A stretch of DNA of 64,000 bases from an uncultured Pseudomonadota bacterium (GCA_902801125.1 CADCGT010000002.1:7157-71156); one strand, 5' to 3'. Counted from the stretch's first letter, positions 19,552-29,940 are shown. Numbers and translations: made by a program. Notes: generated by a model not told the origin, from the letters alone.

Positions 19552-21201
19552 ATGCTTACGAACCTTAATATTTCTAATATTGTTTTAATAGATAAACTGA
19601 ACCTTGGGTTTGGTGTGGGTTTAAATATTTTGACCGGTGAAACGGGCGCGGGTAAAAGTATATTGCTGGATGCGCTTGCACTTGCGTTGGGTGCGCGGTC
19701 GGATATGGGGCTTGTGCGACATGGTGCAGACATGGCATCCGTGGTCGCGGAATTTGATGGGGCGAATGATAAAATATATTCGATTATGGACGAGGCGGGC
19801 ATTGAACGCGATACAAACATTATATTGCGACGCACGCTTGGCGCGGATGGTAAAAGTCGCGCCTGGGTCAATGACACGCCGGTATCAATCAAAACCCTTA
19901 AATCAATTGGTGATGAATTGGTGTCTGTGCACGGTCAATTTGCCAACCATGCATTATTGAACCAGGCAACACATCGCGCAACATTGGATGATTTTGCATT
20001 AAAAAACTATAATGATTTTAATGTGTTGTTAAACGATGTTCGCGAAACGTATCACGAATATCACACATTGGCACAACGCTTGAAAGAAACCGAAGATTTT
20101 ATTGCGCGCAATGCAACGGAACAAGAATACCTTGAACACAATGTTGCGGAATTGCGCAAATTGAATGTGCAACCGGGCGAAGAAGAAGAATTGGCTACGC
20201 GCCGCGCCGATTTAATAAATGCCGAAAAAAACGCCGCGATATTGACCGATGCGGCAAATGCAATTGGCGCGGGTGGCAATACTTTGGATGCCCAGATATT
20301 TGCGGTTGCACATATTTTGGAACGCATAAAAACCGAACCAAATCCATTTTCGGAACAAATAGACGCACTTTATAACGCGGCGGAAATGGTTGCGAATGTT
20401 GCGGGCGCGATTTCACCCGACGAAATCGACACAGACACGGTCGATTCAATCGAAGAACGTTTGTTCGCAATACGTGCGGTGGCGCGCAAACATCATGTCA
20501 CTGCGGATGAATTGCCAAATAAACTGCACGATATGGAATCGCAATTAAATACTATAAATAACAGTGACGCCGAATTAAAAAAATTGCGCGATGCCGTTGA
20601 TGGGGCGCATAAAAAATACGTGGTGTGTGCGGCGAAATTGACCGATGCGCGTCATGTGGCGGCGGCGAATATGCGCGAACGCATTTTGCGTGAATTGCCA
20701 GATTTGAAATTGGCAAATGCGGATTTTATGGTTGAATTTTCACAAATTGCGCCGTGTGCATCCGGTATGGATGACATAACATTTATGATAAAAACAAATC
20801 CAGGTATGCCATTTGCCCCATTGCATAAATCGGCCTCGGGGGGTGAATTGGCGCGTTTAATGTTGGCGATGCGCGTGGTGTTGGCAACGGCCGATAAGGC
20901 GCATACATTTGTTTTTGACGAAATTGACACGGGAATAAGTGGCGCCACCGCTTCGGCGGTGGGGGAACGGTTAAATCGCCTTGCCGCCGGGGGCCAGGCA
21001 TTGGTTATAACCCATTCGGCCCAGGTTGCAGGCTTTGCCGACCGGCATTTCAAAATTGAAAAGAATTCCAAGGACAATATTACAACAACCACAGTTCGCG
21101 AGATTTCCGGGGCCGAACGGCTAAACGAAATCGCCCGAATAATCAGTGGTGCGGAAATAACCCCCGAATCATTGGCCACCGCCAAGACATTGATGAAATA
21201 A
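19552..21201 (+). CDS. recN: DNA repair protein RecN
   Basis: LNISNIVLIDKLNLGFGVGLNILTGETGAGKSILLDAL. SMC-like coiled coil. C-terminal SGGELARLMLA...FVFDEIDTGISG. Confidence 0.95.
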   Translation: MLTNLNISNIVLIDKLNLGFGVGLNILTGETGAGKSILLDALALALGARSDMGLVRHGADMASVVAEFDGANDKIYSIMDEAGIERDTNIILRRTLGADGKSRAWVNDTPVSIKTLKSIGDELVSVHGQFANHALLNQATHRATLDDFALKNYNDFNVLLNDVRETYHEYHTLAQRLKETEDFIARNATEQEYLEHNVAELRKLNVQPGEEEELATRRADLINAEKNAAILTDAANAIGAGGNTLDAQIFAVAHILERIKTEPNPFSEQIDALYNAAEMVANVAGAISPDEIDTDTVDSIEERLFAIRAVARKHHVTADELPNKLHDMESQLNTINNSDAELKKLRDAVDGAHKKYVVCAAKLTDARHVAAANMRERILRELPDLKLANADFMVEFSQIAPCASGMDDITFMIKTNPGMPFAPLHKSASGGELARLMLAMRVVLATADKAHTFVFDEIDTGISGATASAVGERLNRLAAGGQALVITHSAQVAGFADRHFKIEKNSKDNITTTTVREISGAERLNEIARIISGAEITPESLATAKTLMK

Positions 21202-21203
21202 AA

Positions 21204-21226
21204 ATCGCCCATTTGGGCGGTTTATA
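21204..21226. terminator. Bidirectional hairpin terminator
   Basis: CGCCC-attt-GGGCG followed by GTTTATATATT. Confidence 0.4.
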
Positions 21227-21614
21227 TATTCATTTGCATTTGTTGGTTTTTCAATTGGTATTCGCGCACATTTAGATTTGTCTTGGCATTCAACCATTCC
21301 GCGACCAGATGCCTGTGACAAAACTTTTCCGGCGATTCAAAGCATAACAAAACAACATCGGTTCCCATTTGCTGTAATTGTTTTGCAACATCGTTTGGAT
21401 TCAACACATTTAAAACGGTTTCATAATATTTTTCTGCATACCATTTTTCAGATAAATTATTGTCGTGCCATTCGCGCCACCACGAATATTTGGGCGCCAA
21501 TTTTTTATACGTTTTTCCGGTATAACCACTGGGCGACCACCCAGAGATTCCAACAGGCGTTAGATGATTTAATTCATAATCATGTATTTTTGCCCAATAA
21601 CCCGTATAAATCAT
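21222..21614 (-). CDS. DUF488-like protein
   Basis: C-terminal VVLLCFESPEKFCHRHLVAEWL resembles the DUF488 LLCaE...CHR motif. Confidence 0.45.
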   Translation of the reverse strand: MIYTGYWAKIHDYELNHLTPVGISGWSPSGYTGKTYKKLAPKYSWWREWHDNNLSEKWYAEKYYETVLNVLNPNDVAKQLQQMGTDVVLLCFESPEKFCHRHLVAEWLNAKTNLNVREYQLKNQQMQMNI

Positions 21615-21970
21615 TTTGTTTTATCCTTTATCTTTTTCTCAAACCTTGTTTGTTGGGCAAGATAACGAATTTGCAACCAGTTATAAATTTCCAATATATC
21701 TTCCGCCCATGGGGTGTGAAACACGGCGCGTGGCCGTGCCAGGCATGAAATTTTCTTGCCGTCTGGGGTTGCTATTTCATATCTGCTAAAATGGCGTGAT
21801 ACCGTGGTGACAGAAATGTCCACCAATGGTTTGGAACACGAATCAAAAACTTTATAATATTTTGTTGGTTCATTTAGATATTCTGTATAATTGCAAAGTT
21901 CAATTTTAATATTTGGTTGTACAAATATGTCCGACATTTTTGCTTTATAATCTTTATTTATTCTGCACAT
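21611..21970 (-). CDS. Hypothetical protein, translationally coupled to the DUF488 gene
   Basis: ORF overlaps the downstream gene by 4 nt (ATGA). No recognisable motif. Start chosen at an internal ATG downstream of the xseA stop. Confidence 0.35.
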   Translation of the reverse strand: MCRINKDYKAKMSDIFVQPNIKIELCNYTEYLNEPTKYYKVFDSCSKPLVDISVTTVSRHFSRYEIATPDGKKISCLARPRAVFHTPWAEDILEIYNWLQIRYLAQQTRFEKKIKDKTK

Positions 21971-21986
21971 GTTCGCTCCATTTATT

Positions 21987-23222
21987 TTATATTTTTTTGA
22001 TTCCGTCTGCAAATTCAATGCTGGCAATTGGTTGTGTGGCATCGATGCTTGATATAATCGCGCCATTTGCCGCGCGCGCAATCGCATACCCGCGCGACAA
22101 AACATTTTTATAACCCAAAGAGTTTAGCATTTGCGCATTGTGTTCAACGCCGCGTTTCATATTTGCCATTTTATTATTCAATATGTCTGGCATACGCGCA
22201 ACAATGTCCATTTTACGACGCGCGTCGGTCATTTTCGCGTTTATAATTATCCCCAGTGTGCGCGTAATATCGTCCAACCGTTGTGCGCGTTCCATAACCA
22301 TTTGCCGCGGGCTTTTGATATTTATATTTTCAACGCGTGCGCGTGCATTTGTGATGCGCGTTGTAAAATTCACAGAAAGCCTGTGTCCCATATTATCAAT
22401 TTCTTGGACCAGTGATATTTTTGTTGGAACGACGGCCTCGGCTGCACCGGTTGGGGTTGGTGCCCGAAAGTCCGCCGCAAAATCAACCAGCATCCAATCT
22501 GGTTCATGTCCGACACCGGTTATAACGGGAATTTCACTGTTTGCGACGGCGCGCACGACAATTTCTTCGGAAAACGGCAACAGGTCTTCCAACGAACCAC
22601 CCCCGCGCGCCACAATTATAACATCAACATTTTTTGCGCGGTTAAAATATTCCACACCGGCGGCAACCTCGGTGGCGGCGGTCTGTCCCTGGACGGTGGC
22701 GGGGTACAGAATCACGCGCACCGGGAACCGTTCGCGCAAACGATTTTGAATATCTTGGAATGCGGCACCGGTCGGACTTGTCACTACGCCGATTGTTGTT
22801 GGCAATTTTGGTAATGGTTTTTTGCGCGATGCATCAAATAAACCTTCGCGTGATAATTTCTGTTTGCGTTCTTCCAACATTTTAAGAATCGCACCGACGC
22901 CCGCCATTTCTATGCTTGCGGCAACAATTTGATAATTGCTGCGTGCCGGATATGTAGTAAGGCGACCGGTAATAATAACCTCCATCCCGTCGGTCAAGGC
23001 GAAATTTACGGGTGTCCCACGCCATATAATAACCGACATCGCCGCACCGGAATCTTTGATAGTCATATACATGTGTCCCGATGTTGCGCGCGTAATCTGG
23101 GATAATTCGCCACGAATCTTGATAACTGGAAATGCGGCTTCAACAACATTTTTAAGTAATGCCGACGCATCGGTCACAGAAAAAATCATATCAGGTTTTA
23201 CAAATGGTTCGGGTTTTTGCAT
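21987..23222 (-). CDS. xseA: Exodeoxyribonuclease VII large subunit
   Basis: N-terminal OB-fold IFSVTDASALLKNVVEAAFPVIKIRGELSQI. Central catalytic region. Confidence 0.9.
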   Translation of the reverse strand: MQKPEPFVKPDMIFSVTDASALLKNVVEAAFPVIKIRGELSQITRATSGHMYMTIKDSGAAMSVIIWRGTPVNFALTDGMEVIITGRLTTYPARSNYQIVAASIEMAGVGAILKMLEERKQKLSREGLFDASRKKPLPKLPTTIGVVTSPTGAAFQDIQNRLRERFPVRVILYPATVQGQTAATEVAAGVEYFNRAKNVDVIIVARGGGSLEDLLPFSEEIVVRAVANSEIPVITGVGHEPDWMLVDFAADFRAPTPTGAAEAVVPTKISLVQEIDNMGHRLSVNFTTRITNARARVENINIKSPRQMVMERAQRLDDITRTLGIIINAKMTDARRKMDIVARMPDILNNKMANMKRGVEHNAQMLNSLGYKNVLSRGYAIARAANGAIISSIDATQPIASIEFADGIKKI

Positions 23223-23232
23223 AACACATACC

Positions 23233-24345
23233 TTATAATTCGGTCAGTGGCCAACGCGGACGTGGTGCAATCGGTTCACGAACGACATTACCAATTTTGT
23301 AGTTTTCCAATCCAGCCCAGGCAATCATTGCACCATTGTCGGTGCAAAGGCTCATTGGCGGGGCGGCAAAAATCATATTATGTTCATGCGCCAGGCGTTC
23401 CATCGCGTTTCTTATTGCGCTGTTTTTCGCGACGCCCCCCGCCACAACCAGTGTCTTGGGTTTAGCATTCAACACGACATCAGATTTCATCGCATGCCCA
23501 AGGCGGTTTATAATGCAATCTACAACCGCCGCCTGGAACGAAGCACAGAAATCATTTATAAATTCATCGGACCACGGCGCGGGCGTGCGTGATAAAAATG
23601 TCCGTGCGGCGGTCTTAATGCCACTAAACGAAAAATCACAGCCGGGTTTGTCACATAATGGACGCGGAAAATCAAATGCGCATGGATTTCCCAACGCGGC
23701 GCGTCGATCCACAATCGGCCCGCCCGGATACCCCAGGCCCAACATTTTTGAAACTTTATCGAATGCTTCGCCGGCACTGTCGTCCAATGTTTGCCCAATC
23801 AAATCGTATTTGCCAACCCCGCGCACCAATAAAATTTGGCAATGGCCACCCGACGCCAGCATAAGCAAGTACGGAAATTCCACCGTCACCGGGGCCGCCG
23901 AATTGTCCGCCGTTGCCGCGGCAAGGCGCGGAACCAACGCGTGGCCTTCTAAATGATTGACGGCAACCAACGGTTTGCCGGTTGATTGTGCGATACCCGT
24001 TGCCGCCATCCAACCGACCAATACCCCCCCAATAAGGCCCGGGCCCGCCGTCGCCGCAATAACATCAATATCGTCAATTGTCATATTCGCGCGGTTCAGT
24101 GTTTCATGAATAACCGTGTCAATTGCCAATATATGTGCGCGTGCGGCCAATTCCGGCACAACGCCGCCGTATTTTTGGTGTTCTGGAATTTGTGAATAAA
24201 TAATATGCGCAAGTATGTTTTTGTTTGAATCGACTATTGCGGCACTGGTTTCGTCGCACGAAGATTCAACACCCAAACAAACGGTGCCGCGTGCGGCGGT
24301 GCCGGATGCCCCCATATCCATATGAATAATTTTTTCGTCTGTCAT
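23233..24345 (-). CDS. tsaD: tRNA N6-adenosine threonylcarbamoyltransferase TsaD
   Basis: LGVESSCDETSAAIV. Kae1/Gcp family His pair and metal-binding motifs. The exact start is uncertain (several in-frame ATGs). Confidence 0.9.
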   Translation of the reverse strand: MTDEKIIHMDMGASGTAARGTVCLGVESSCDETSAAIVDSNKNILAHIIYSQIPEHQKYGGVVPELAARAHILAIDTVIHETLNRANMTIDDIDVIAATAGPGLIGGVLVGWMAATGIAQSTGKPLVAVNHLEGHALVPRLAAATADNSAAPVTVEFPYLLMLASGGHCQILLVRGVGKYDLIGQTLDDSAGEAFDKVSKMLGLGYPGGPIVDRRAALGNPCAFDFPRPLCDKPGCDFSFSGIKTAARTFLSRTPAPWSDEFINDFCASFQAAVVDCIINRLGHAMKSDVVLNAKPKTLVVAGGVAKNSAIRNAMERLAHEHNMIFAAPPMSLCTDNGAMIAWAGLENYKIGNVVREPIAPRPRWPLTEL

Positions 24346-25034
24346 TTTTTTATTTCCAAAATCATTATACCCAGATTGTTTGTATTTTTCATCATTTGTT
24401 TTGCATATTCAACAAAATTCATATCAACCACGCGGCCACGCCTTTTTGATGCGTGGCGCAACCGCCCATCTGGCAACAAGAACCCCATGTGCCGAATTGC
24501 CAAATCTGTACCGATTTTGTTTTTAATACCGTTGTCGCCACGCACAAACAATACAACAACCGGCCGGTCAACCACAATATCCAACGCGCGGGAATAGGGT
24601 ATATATTCTAAATCTATGGTTTGTGGTGTCGCGGCCACATTTATACCATACATCGTCTTGAACCATTTTTGTTTATCGATTGTGACACGGCGTCCAGATG
24701 TTGGGCCAAATTTTCGCGTAATATTTTTGACGATATCTGAATTATTTGTCATCCAATCGGTTTCAATAAAATGATTGCGATTTACAAAATCGACATTTCC
24801 GTCACGGTATCTTATTTTCGTAAGTTTATCTATATCGCCACCCGCCAATGCGGTTTCAACAAAAGTGGTGCAATCAAACGCATCAAAACGAATATTGGGG
24901 TCTGGGTCCGGGGGCGTGCCTTCGCCCAACGGGTTTGCAACGTATTTTGCCCCAATGTATTTTTCGCCGATATATTCGTTATGATTATTGCCCGCACATC
25001 CAACCAGTAAAACGCACAGTAATATCCGCCACAT
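24342..25034 (-). CDS. Putative lipoprotein (possibly DUF1460-like)
   Basis: Lipobox LLVGC. FDCTTFVETALAGGD motif. Confidence 0.45.
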   Translation of the reverse strand: MWRILLCVLLVGCAGNNHNEYIGEKYIGAKYVANPLGEGTPPDPDPNIRFDAFDCTTFVETALAGGDIDKLTKIRYRDGNVDFVNRNHFIETDWMTNNSDIVKNITRKFGPTSGRRVTIDKQKWFKTMYGINVAATPQTIDLEYIPYSRALDIVVDRPVVVLFVRGDNGIKNKIGTDLAIRHMGFLLPDGRLRHASKRRGRVVDMNFVEYAKQMMKNTNNLGIMILEIKK

Positions 25035-25345
25035 TAAATGTTTTCTTTAAGTTGGATGCCGATTAAACAAAGTTCCACCGCGTCACGCACGGCCATTTCC
25101 GATGAATCAGGCAGTTCCGCCATTTTATCAACACATTTCACTAACAAATCAAGATTTTTATCCGAAGCGGTTAAAATCTTGGTGGCATCGACACGACGTT
25201 CAATCGACGCGCCCCGCCAATTCTTTAATTGACCAGATTCCAGGGCGGTTGTTTTCTGGGTTTGAATAAACACCAGGGCAAAAAAGACCAACGCCGCCAC
25301 ACCGATTAAAAACACCAGATATTTTTTTATAAATTTTATCATTGT
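25034..25345 (-). CDS. Small membrane protein
   Basis: N-terminal TM segment LVFLIGVAALVFFALVFI. Confidence 0.35.
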   Translation of the reverse strand, partial: TMIKFIKKYLVFLIGVAALVFFALVFIQTQKTTALESGQLKNWRGASIERRVDATKILTASDKNLDLLVKCVDKMAELPDSSEMAVRDAVELCLIGIQLKENI

Positions 25346-25359
25346 TCCCCCCGTTTTAA

Positions 25360-25716
25360 TTATTCGCACCGCACCAACCACGCGTCATAGTCCGGATTCT
25401 GGACCGGATTTTTTCCTGGGTTGTTTCGATTCATCCAATTTGAAAATATTTTTGTATCGTTGTTTGCGGTAATCTCTATAAACGCATAGAAATTTTCCGC
25501 CTTGAATGGGTCACTTTGTTTGCATGCGCGCACGGTTATATTCAGTTTTTCGAACTGTGCGCTTTGTTCGACGGGAATGTTTAGTGTTTGTGCTTTGCCG
25601 GCGGCCTTGTTCATAACCTGGATAACCGCAGTATTACGATTAGTATACGCGTTCGCGCCCGTCGCCAAAACCGCGCCACAGAGTAAAATTAAAAAAAATC
25701 TTGAAATTTTCATCAT
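25360..25716 (-). CDS. Secreted DUF2155-like protein
   Basis: Signal peptide MMKISRFFLILLCGAVLATGANA. Conserved small periplasmic protein of alphaproteobacteria. Confidence 0.45.
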   Translation of the reverse strand: MMKISRFFLILLCGAVLATGANAYTNRNTAVIQVMNKAAGKAQTLNIPVEQSAQFEKLNITVRACKQSDPFKAENFYAFIEITANNDTKIFSNWMNRNNPGKNPVQNPDYDAWLVRCE

Positions 25717-25760
25717 GGTTAAATACTACCGCCATATCGCCAACAAGTCAAATTAAAAAA

Positions 25761-25794
25761 AGTGGCTAGTGCAAGTGGTTAGTGTTAGTGGGGG
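25761..25794 (+). repeat. Tandem TTAGTG-type hexamer repeats (GTGGCTAGTG CAAGTGG TTAGTG TTAGTG GGGG)
   Basis: Direct reading. Same motif at 35128-35150, 37683-37700 and 44053-44069. Confidence 0.6.
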
Positions 25795-25803
25795 TATTTA
25801 TCG

Positions 25804-25831
25804 TTGACTTGCCTTGATTTTATAGTATCAT
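25804..25831 (+). promoter_or_regulatory. Candidate sigma70 promoter TTGACT-N16-TATCAT for the orphan operon
   Basis: Hexamers about 25 nt upstream of the first ATG at 25857. Confidence 0.35.
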
Positions 25832-25856
25832 ACCCACAAAACCAAAGGATATTAGA

Positions 25857-26414
25857 ATGGCAGATAACGATAATTTTGAAGAAAAAGAAATACAATCTGA
25901 TGACCCAATGATCCAAAAATGTTTGGATATTATCCGTGATAAAAGGGCCTGGGTGGAAGATTTATGTGATAATGGTATTTACAGTGTATATATTGGTAGG
26001 AAAAAATATTTTCAAATTCAGAGATGTTATAATAGTGGTACGAAATACAATATAGACATAAACTACCAAACTTATAAGTTTTATGGGTCACGACCGGATT
26101 TGGAAGAATTGTATAGGTTGTGTAATTCTAAATATGCCGACAAATCAAAAGAAAGACAACAAAACGCACTTGATTTTTTGCGTACCAAGGAAAGTACCAA
26201 GGAAAGATGCAGAATAAAACCTGGGGTGCTTTTTATGATTGCGGGAATACTGGTCATGGCTGCAGCGATTGTGAAATATCAAAAAGACCAAAAAACGCAA
26301 CGCGTGGAAGAAAAAGTTAAAGCATATGAAAAAACTCTGCCGGCGGATTATTTGGAATATAAACAGGCGGTTGAACACTATCGCGACAGTTTAATGCACG
26401 CCAAAGGCCGGTAA
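25857..26414 (+). CDS. Orphan operon gene 1, hypothetical protein with one C-terminal TM helix
   Basis: ORF with RBS AAAGGAT. TM segment GVLFMIAGILVMAAAIV. AT-rich, AGA/AGG Arg codons. Confidence 0.5.
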   Translation: MADNDNFEEKEIQSDDPMIQKCLDIIRDKRAWVEDLCDNGIYSVYIGRKKYFQIQRCYNSGTKYNIDINYQTYKFYGSRPDLEELYRLCNSKYADKSKERQQNALDFLRTKESTKERCRIKPGVLFMIAGILVMAAAIVKYQKDQKTQRVEEKVKAYEKTLPADYLEYKQAVEHYRDSLMHAKGR

Positions 26415-26430
26415 ACAAAAAAGGAATAAA

Positions 26431-26826
26431 ATGCCAGCGCAATCGATAAATGAATACACTGAAATGATGTCTGAACCCGGGGTTAGCGTTTCCAAGGTCG
26501 ACCTGGGGGATTTTTGTGGCTTTATGGATGACCGGCGGGACAACAGTTTTATTATATCCAAAGATGGCGAAAAAGTATTCGGTATTCGGAATTCGCACAT
26601 ATACTTTGGCCGCATTATTAGAATCAAAATGAACACTATCACTTTGTATGATCCGCACGACTATCGGTCTTTGGTGACCAAGCGGTTCGGTCAAAATGGT
26701 TATAAAGAACTGTATAAATTGCAACGTGCGGTGGAAAATATCTATACAAAACAAAATGAATACGAAAAATCCAATATGTCGGATGTTCGTGGTCAGATGT
26801 TTCGGCATGATAACGGTCGGCAATAA
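26431..26826 (+). CDS. Orphan operon gene 2, hypothetical protein
   Basis: ORF 16 nt after gene 1 with RBS AAAGGAATAAAATG. Confidence 0.45.
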   Translation: MPAQSINEYTEMMSEPGVSVSKVDLGDFCGFMDDRRDNSFIISKDGEKVFGIRNSHIYFGRIIRIKMNTITLYDPHDYRSLVTKRFGQNGYKELYKLQRAVENIYTKQNEYEKSNMSDVRGQMFRHDNGRQ

Positions 26827-26838
26827 AAAGGATAAAAA

Positions 26839-27264
26839 ATGAATCAAACTGACAAGAAAACCGTGGTAACATTGACCAATATTCCACAGGGTTTGGGTGA
26901 ACGAACGAAATTGAATTGTGGCGAAATAACCGAAAAACAGAAACAAGATTTCTTGGCCTCAATTATGCGCTTTGACCCAGAATCAACAAATTTTGCCAAT
27001 CATTGTGGGTTTAATTTGTATTATGATAAATTTAATGCTTGGGTTGCTCCGTTTGGTATGAAAAGGAACTATAAACCACAATATCGCAGAAATGGTGACA
27101 AAGAAATGGTAATAGAAACCATGCCTATGAAATCCCCAGAATGCGGTGCATATGAAAAAAGCGAATGTCCAAAATATTTAGCAGACGGCAAATGCACATC
27201 GCCATTGGTTAAACGGACCGTTGGTGCACTGTTGTTCCCCGATAAATATGGGAAAGAAAGATAA
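26839..27264 (+). CDS. Orphan operon gene 3, hypothetical Cys-containing protein
   Basis: RBS AAAAGGATAAAAAATG. Cys pairs CGEI..., ECGAYEKSECPKYLADGKC. Confidence 0.45.
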   Translation: MNQTDKKTVVTLTNIPQGLGERTKLNCGEITEKQKQDFLASIMRFDPESTNFANHCGFNLYYDKFNAWVAPFGMKRNYKPQYRRNGDKEMVIETMPMKSPECGAYEKSECPKYLADGKCTSPLVKRTVGALLFPDKYGKER

Positions 27265-27282
27265 AAATAAAAGGATAAAACA

Positions 27283-27897
27283 ATGCGATTACAATCATCT
27301 GTTCATTTTGAGATTTTTTCCGAGCTGTTTTATTTGAAAAATATATCCGACCAGACTGGATACAAGCAGCTGTTGACACCGGCATCACGCAGAGCCTCCA
27401 TAGCCGCGCAATTACGTGACGGCACATCAAAACAACCCCAGGACCTGTTGGAATCTGTCCGCGATTTTTGTTTGCATATTGCGACAAGTGCCGAAGATTC
27501 CTTTTACCTGGACAAACTGACATACTTGGTTAAATTGTATCGCAAGGTTAGAATTGCCGATACTGATGACAAAGAGTATTTTCAACATCATGATTTTAAT
27601 GGTGACAAATTTGAATTTATACTGGCCACAAATGATAAATTGATATACCCACGCGATATTAAAAGTGCTTTGCGTGTCCCATTTTATTTTAGCAGCATTA
27701 TAAGCGATAAAGAATTAAAGTCGGATACCCCAGTATATATAGAAAAATATGACACACATAATGCCGTTGTGCGACCATTGACAATGCAAGATAGGGTCGT
27801 TGATAAAAATTTGAACCAAATTTGGCCACTGGATACAAGAGAAACTCCAATGGGGTTAAAGAAATTGCTAGAACAAACAACCGAAAAAGTGAGATAA
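27283..27897 (+). CDS. Orphan operon gene 4, hypothetical protein
   Basis: RBS AAAAGGATAAAACAATG. Confidence 0.45.
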   Translation: MRLQSSVHFEIFSELFYLKNISDQTGYKQLLTPASRRASIAAQLRDGTSKQPQDLLESVRDFCLHIATSAEDSFYLDKLTYLVKLYRKVRIADTDDKEYFQHHDFNGDKFEFILATNDKLIYPRDIKSALRVPFYFSSIISDKELKSDTPVYIEKYDTHNAVVRPLTMQDRVVDKNLNQIWPLDTRETPMGLKKLLEQTTEKVR

Positions 27898-27928
27898 CCA
27901 ATACGGTAAAAAATAAAAAGGTATTAAA

Positions 27929-28381
27929 ATGAACGATAATGAAGTAAATAAACTTATTCGTTATATATTAGAACATAAGCCACCAAAGTTTCGTCTGCGC
28001 ATAGAATATTTAGGAAAAGAAGTATCAAGAGCCGAACTTTTCGATATCGCGTATCCATTTAGGTATAATGATAGCGTTTTGCATTTAGGTAAAAAAATAA
28101 AACTGTCTTTTAATATGCTTGACACGTGTCAACGTTGTAAAGATGAAATCAATATAATGACATCTTTAACTAAATCAGATGTTGCATCAGAATTACTGCA
28201 ACATCACACCATTCAACCGGGCAATTATAGTATGGATGCAGATACTAAGAAAATGGTGATCAAGGCGTTTATACAGCAAAAGAACAAAGACATTCGTATC
28301 AGAAAATTTCAAGACGGGATCTATGCTGTGTTTCATCAGTTGGCGCACTTTGGTAAAAAAGCACAAACAAATAATCGATAA
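27929..28381 (+). CDS. Orphan operon gene 5, hypothetical protein
   Basis: RBS AAAAAGGTATTAAAATG. Confidence 0.45.
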   Translation: MNDNEVNKLIRYILEHKPPKFRLRIEYLGKEVSRAELFDIAYPFRYNDSVLHLGKKIKLSFNMLDTCQRCKDEINIMTSLTKSDVASELLQHHTIQPGNYSMDADTKKMVIKAFIQQKNKDIRIRKFQDGIYAVFHQLAHFGKKAQTNNR

Positions 28382-28399
28382 AAAAAAAGGAAAATAAAA

Positions 28400-29020
28400 A
28401 TGTCTTATTGGTTTTGGGATGATTGTGGTGGTATGTCGGATTTTCAACAGGAGTATGTTGCGGCATTCCTGGATGGTAAAATGCCCGATTTAATGAACGA
28501 AATTATGGAAACCGCCAACAAGTTCAACAATGATGTTTGTAAAAATGATGTCCGTAAATCTGATATTCCAAATACAGAATACATAACAATAAACGCCAAT
28601 GGTATCTTTGTTGGTGGTAAACCATCGACACATTATCGTGGTGAAAAAATAAAGTCCTCGGACTTGGCAATTAGCATTTTTGGTTCCATACAAAGAGAAA
28701 TCAATCCAAATGTTCAAGAATTACATGTTTTGTCATCTGAAACCAGGGGGCATCGTGCGCAAACTGGGAAACCAAGTGCTGAACCTGGCGAAAATGCATG
28801 GTATCGTGTGAAATTTAATGATGGAACAATATCTGATTGGGTTTATCTTTCATCACAAGGCAGTGGCCCAAGTTGTGCACGAATTTGTGCATATATTTGT
28901 GCAGATGATGCCCGCTATGGCCACCAATTTCTTCCTGTAGAAAAGCCGGAAGAAACAATGTCCGCTTGCGAAAGAATAAAAAGATTTTTTGGTAAAAAAA
29001 CAACCGAAATTTCGCGATAA
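28400..29020 (+). CDS. Orphan operon gene 6, hypothetical protein
   Basis: RBS AAAAGGAAAATAAAAATG. CARICAYICADD Cys cluster. Confidence 0.45.
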   Translation: MSYWFWDDCGGMSDFQQEYVAAFLDGKMPDLMNEIMETANKFNNDVCKNDVRKSDIPNTEYITINANGIFVGGKPSTHYRGEKIKSSDLAISIFGSIQREINPNVQELHVLSSETRGHRAQTGKPSAEPGENAWYRVKFNDGTISDWVYLSSQGSGPSCARICAYICADDARYGHQFLPVEKPEETMSACERIKRFFGKKTTEISR

Positions 29021-29034
29021 TAAAAAGGCAACAA

Positions 29035-29940
29035 ATGTCGAATTCGTATGATAAACATGTCTATAGGGTTAAGTCGGATGAAGAAATGGCAAAGATCGCG
29101 GCCAAGGCCGAGGAAGAATTTCGCGATCAACAAACAATCGAACTGAATAAAGAATTGGACCGGCATAAAACCGAACTCGATCAATTGCCGGAAATATTTC
29201 GTGTCCGAATTGGTGCCTTGCAAGAAGTCAACCCAGAAAAATTTTCGGATTGCCCCGAACTTACCCTGGCCAGTTTGGCGGCCGCGCGCCTGGTTCGGAG
29301 TTTGCCGGACAAATTCCGGGATATTTCAAACACATATTATAACGAGGTTATTTTTGAATATGGGATATTGTGGGACGTTATCAAACCGAACGCGGTATCA
29401 AAATTGGTGTATGCATATCGCGATGATGTAAAAAGCGGCGCAATTGATAAAAATGGTAATGTTAAAAATCTGACAAAATCCAAAGTTATGACACTATGTC
29501 ACGATTCCGAAGAATACGGCCGGCCGTGTGATGCCAATGGTGTGTATTTTCGGTTTAACTGTAAAAAGCCAAAATCGGGAATAACCCTTAAACAAATTAT
29601 TCGCAGTCATATACGACCATACAAATACTATTCCGATGATAACAAACTGGTTGGATCCTATGTCATGCATATGCCGAATGAATTTGATGGGCGACCATGG
29701 CCCAGTATAAAATTTACCCCATCTGTTGGAACGTATGTCGAAACCGCGGTTGGTGCATCAATTCAGATATCGTACGATTATCAAACCAATGTTTGGATGG
29801 TGTTCCGTGGTGTGCAAATCGATGTGCCGTATAAAACCAAACCCAGCGAGATTGAGGCAATTGTTGATAAATACCTTAACGCATGGCATCAATTGGTGGC
29901 GACACGTGGGCATCTTGTCGCCGCAGATTATAGCGATTAA
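29035..29940 (+). CDS. Orphan operon gene 7, hypothetical protein
   Basis: RBS AAAAAGGCAACAAATG. 301 aa, no recognisable motif. Confidence 0.45.
   Translation: MSNSYDKHVYRVKSDEEMAKIAAKAEEEFRDQQTIELNKELDRHKTELDQLPEIFRVRIGALQEVNPEKFSDCPELTLASLAAARLVRSLPDKFRDISNTYYNEVIFEYGILWDVIKPNAVSKLVYAYRDDVKSGAIDKNGNVKNLTKSKVMTLCHDSEEYGRPCDANGVYFRFNCKKPKSGITLKQIIRSHIRPYKYYSDDNKLVGSYVMHMPNEFDGRPWPSIKFTPSVGTYVETAVGASIQISYDYQTNVWMVFRGVQIDVPYKTKPSEIEAIVDKYLNAWHQLVATRGHLVAADYSD

Noticed and set aside
22138-22749. Long antisense ORFs overlapping annotated genes (e.g. 22138-22749 + inside xseA, 36421-37434 - inside paralog 3, 641-982 - inside the ATPase, 14702-15172 + inside the coiled-coil gene)
   Set aside because: These are shadow ORFs on the strand opposite to genes with strong homology signals. 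Their translations are Arg/Cys/His-rich and low complexity, as expected from GC-biased antisense reading.
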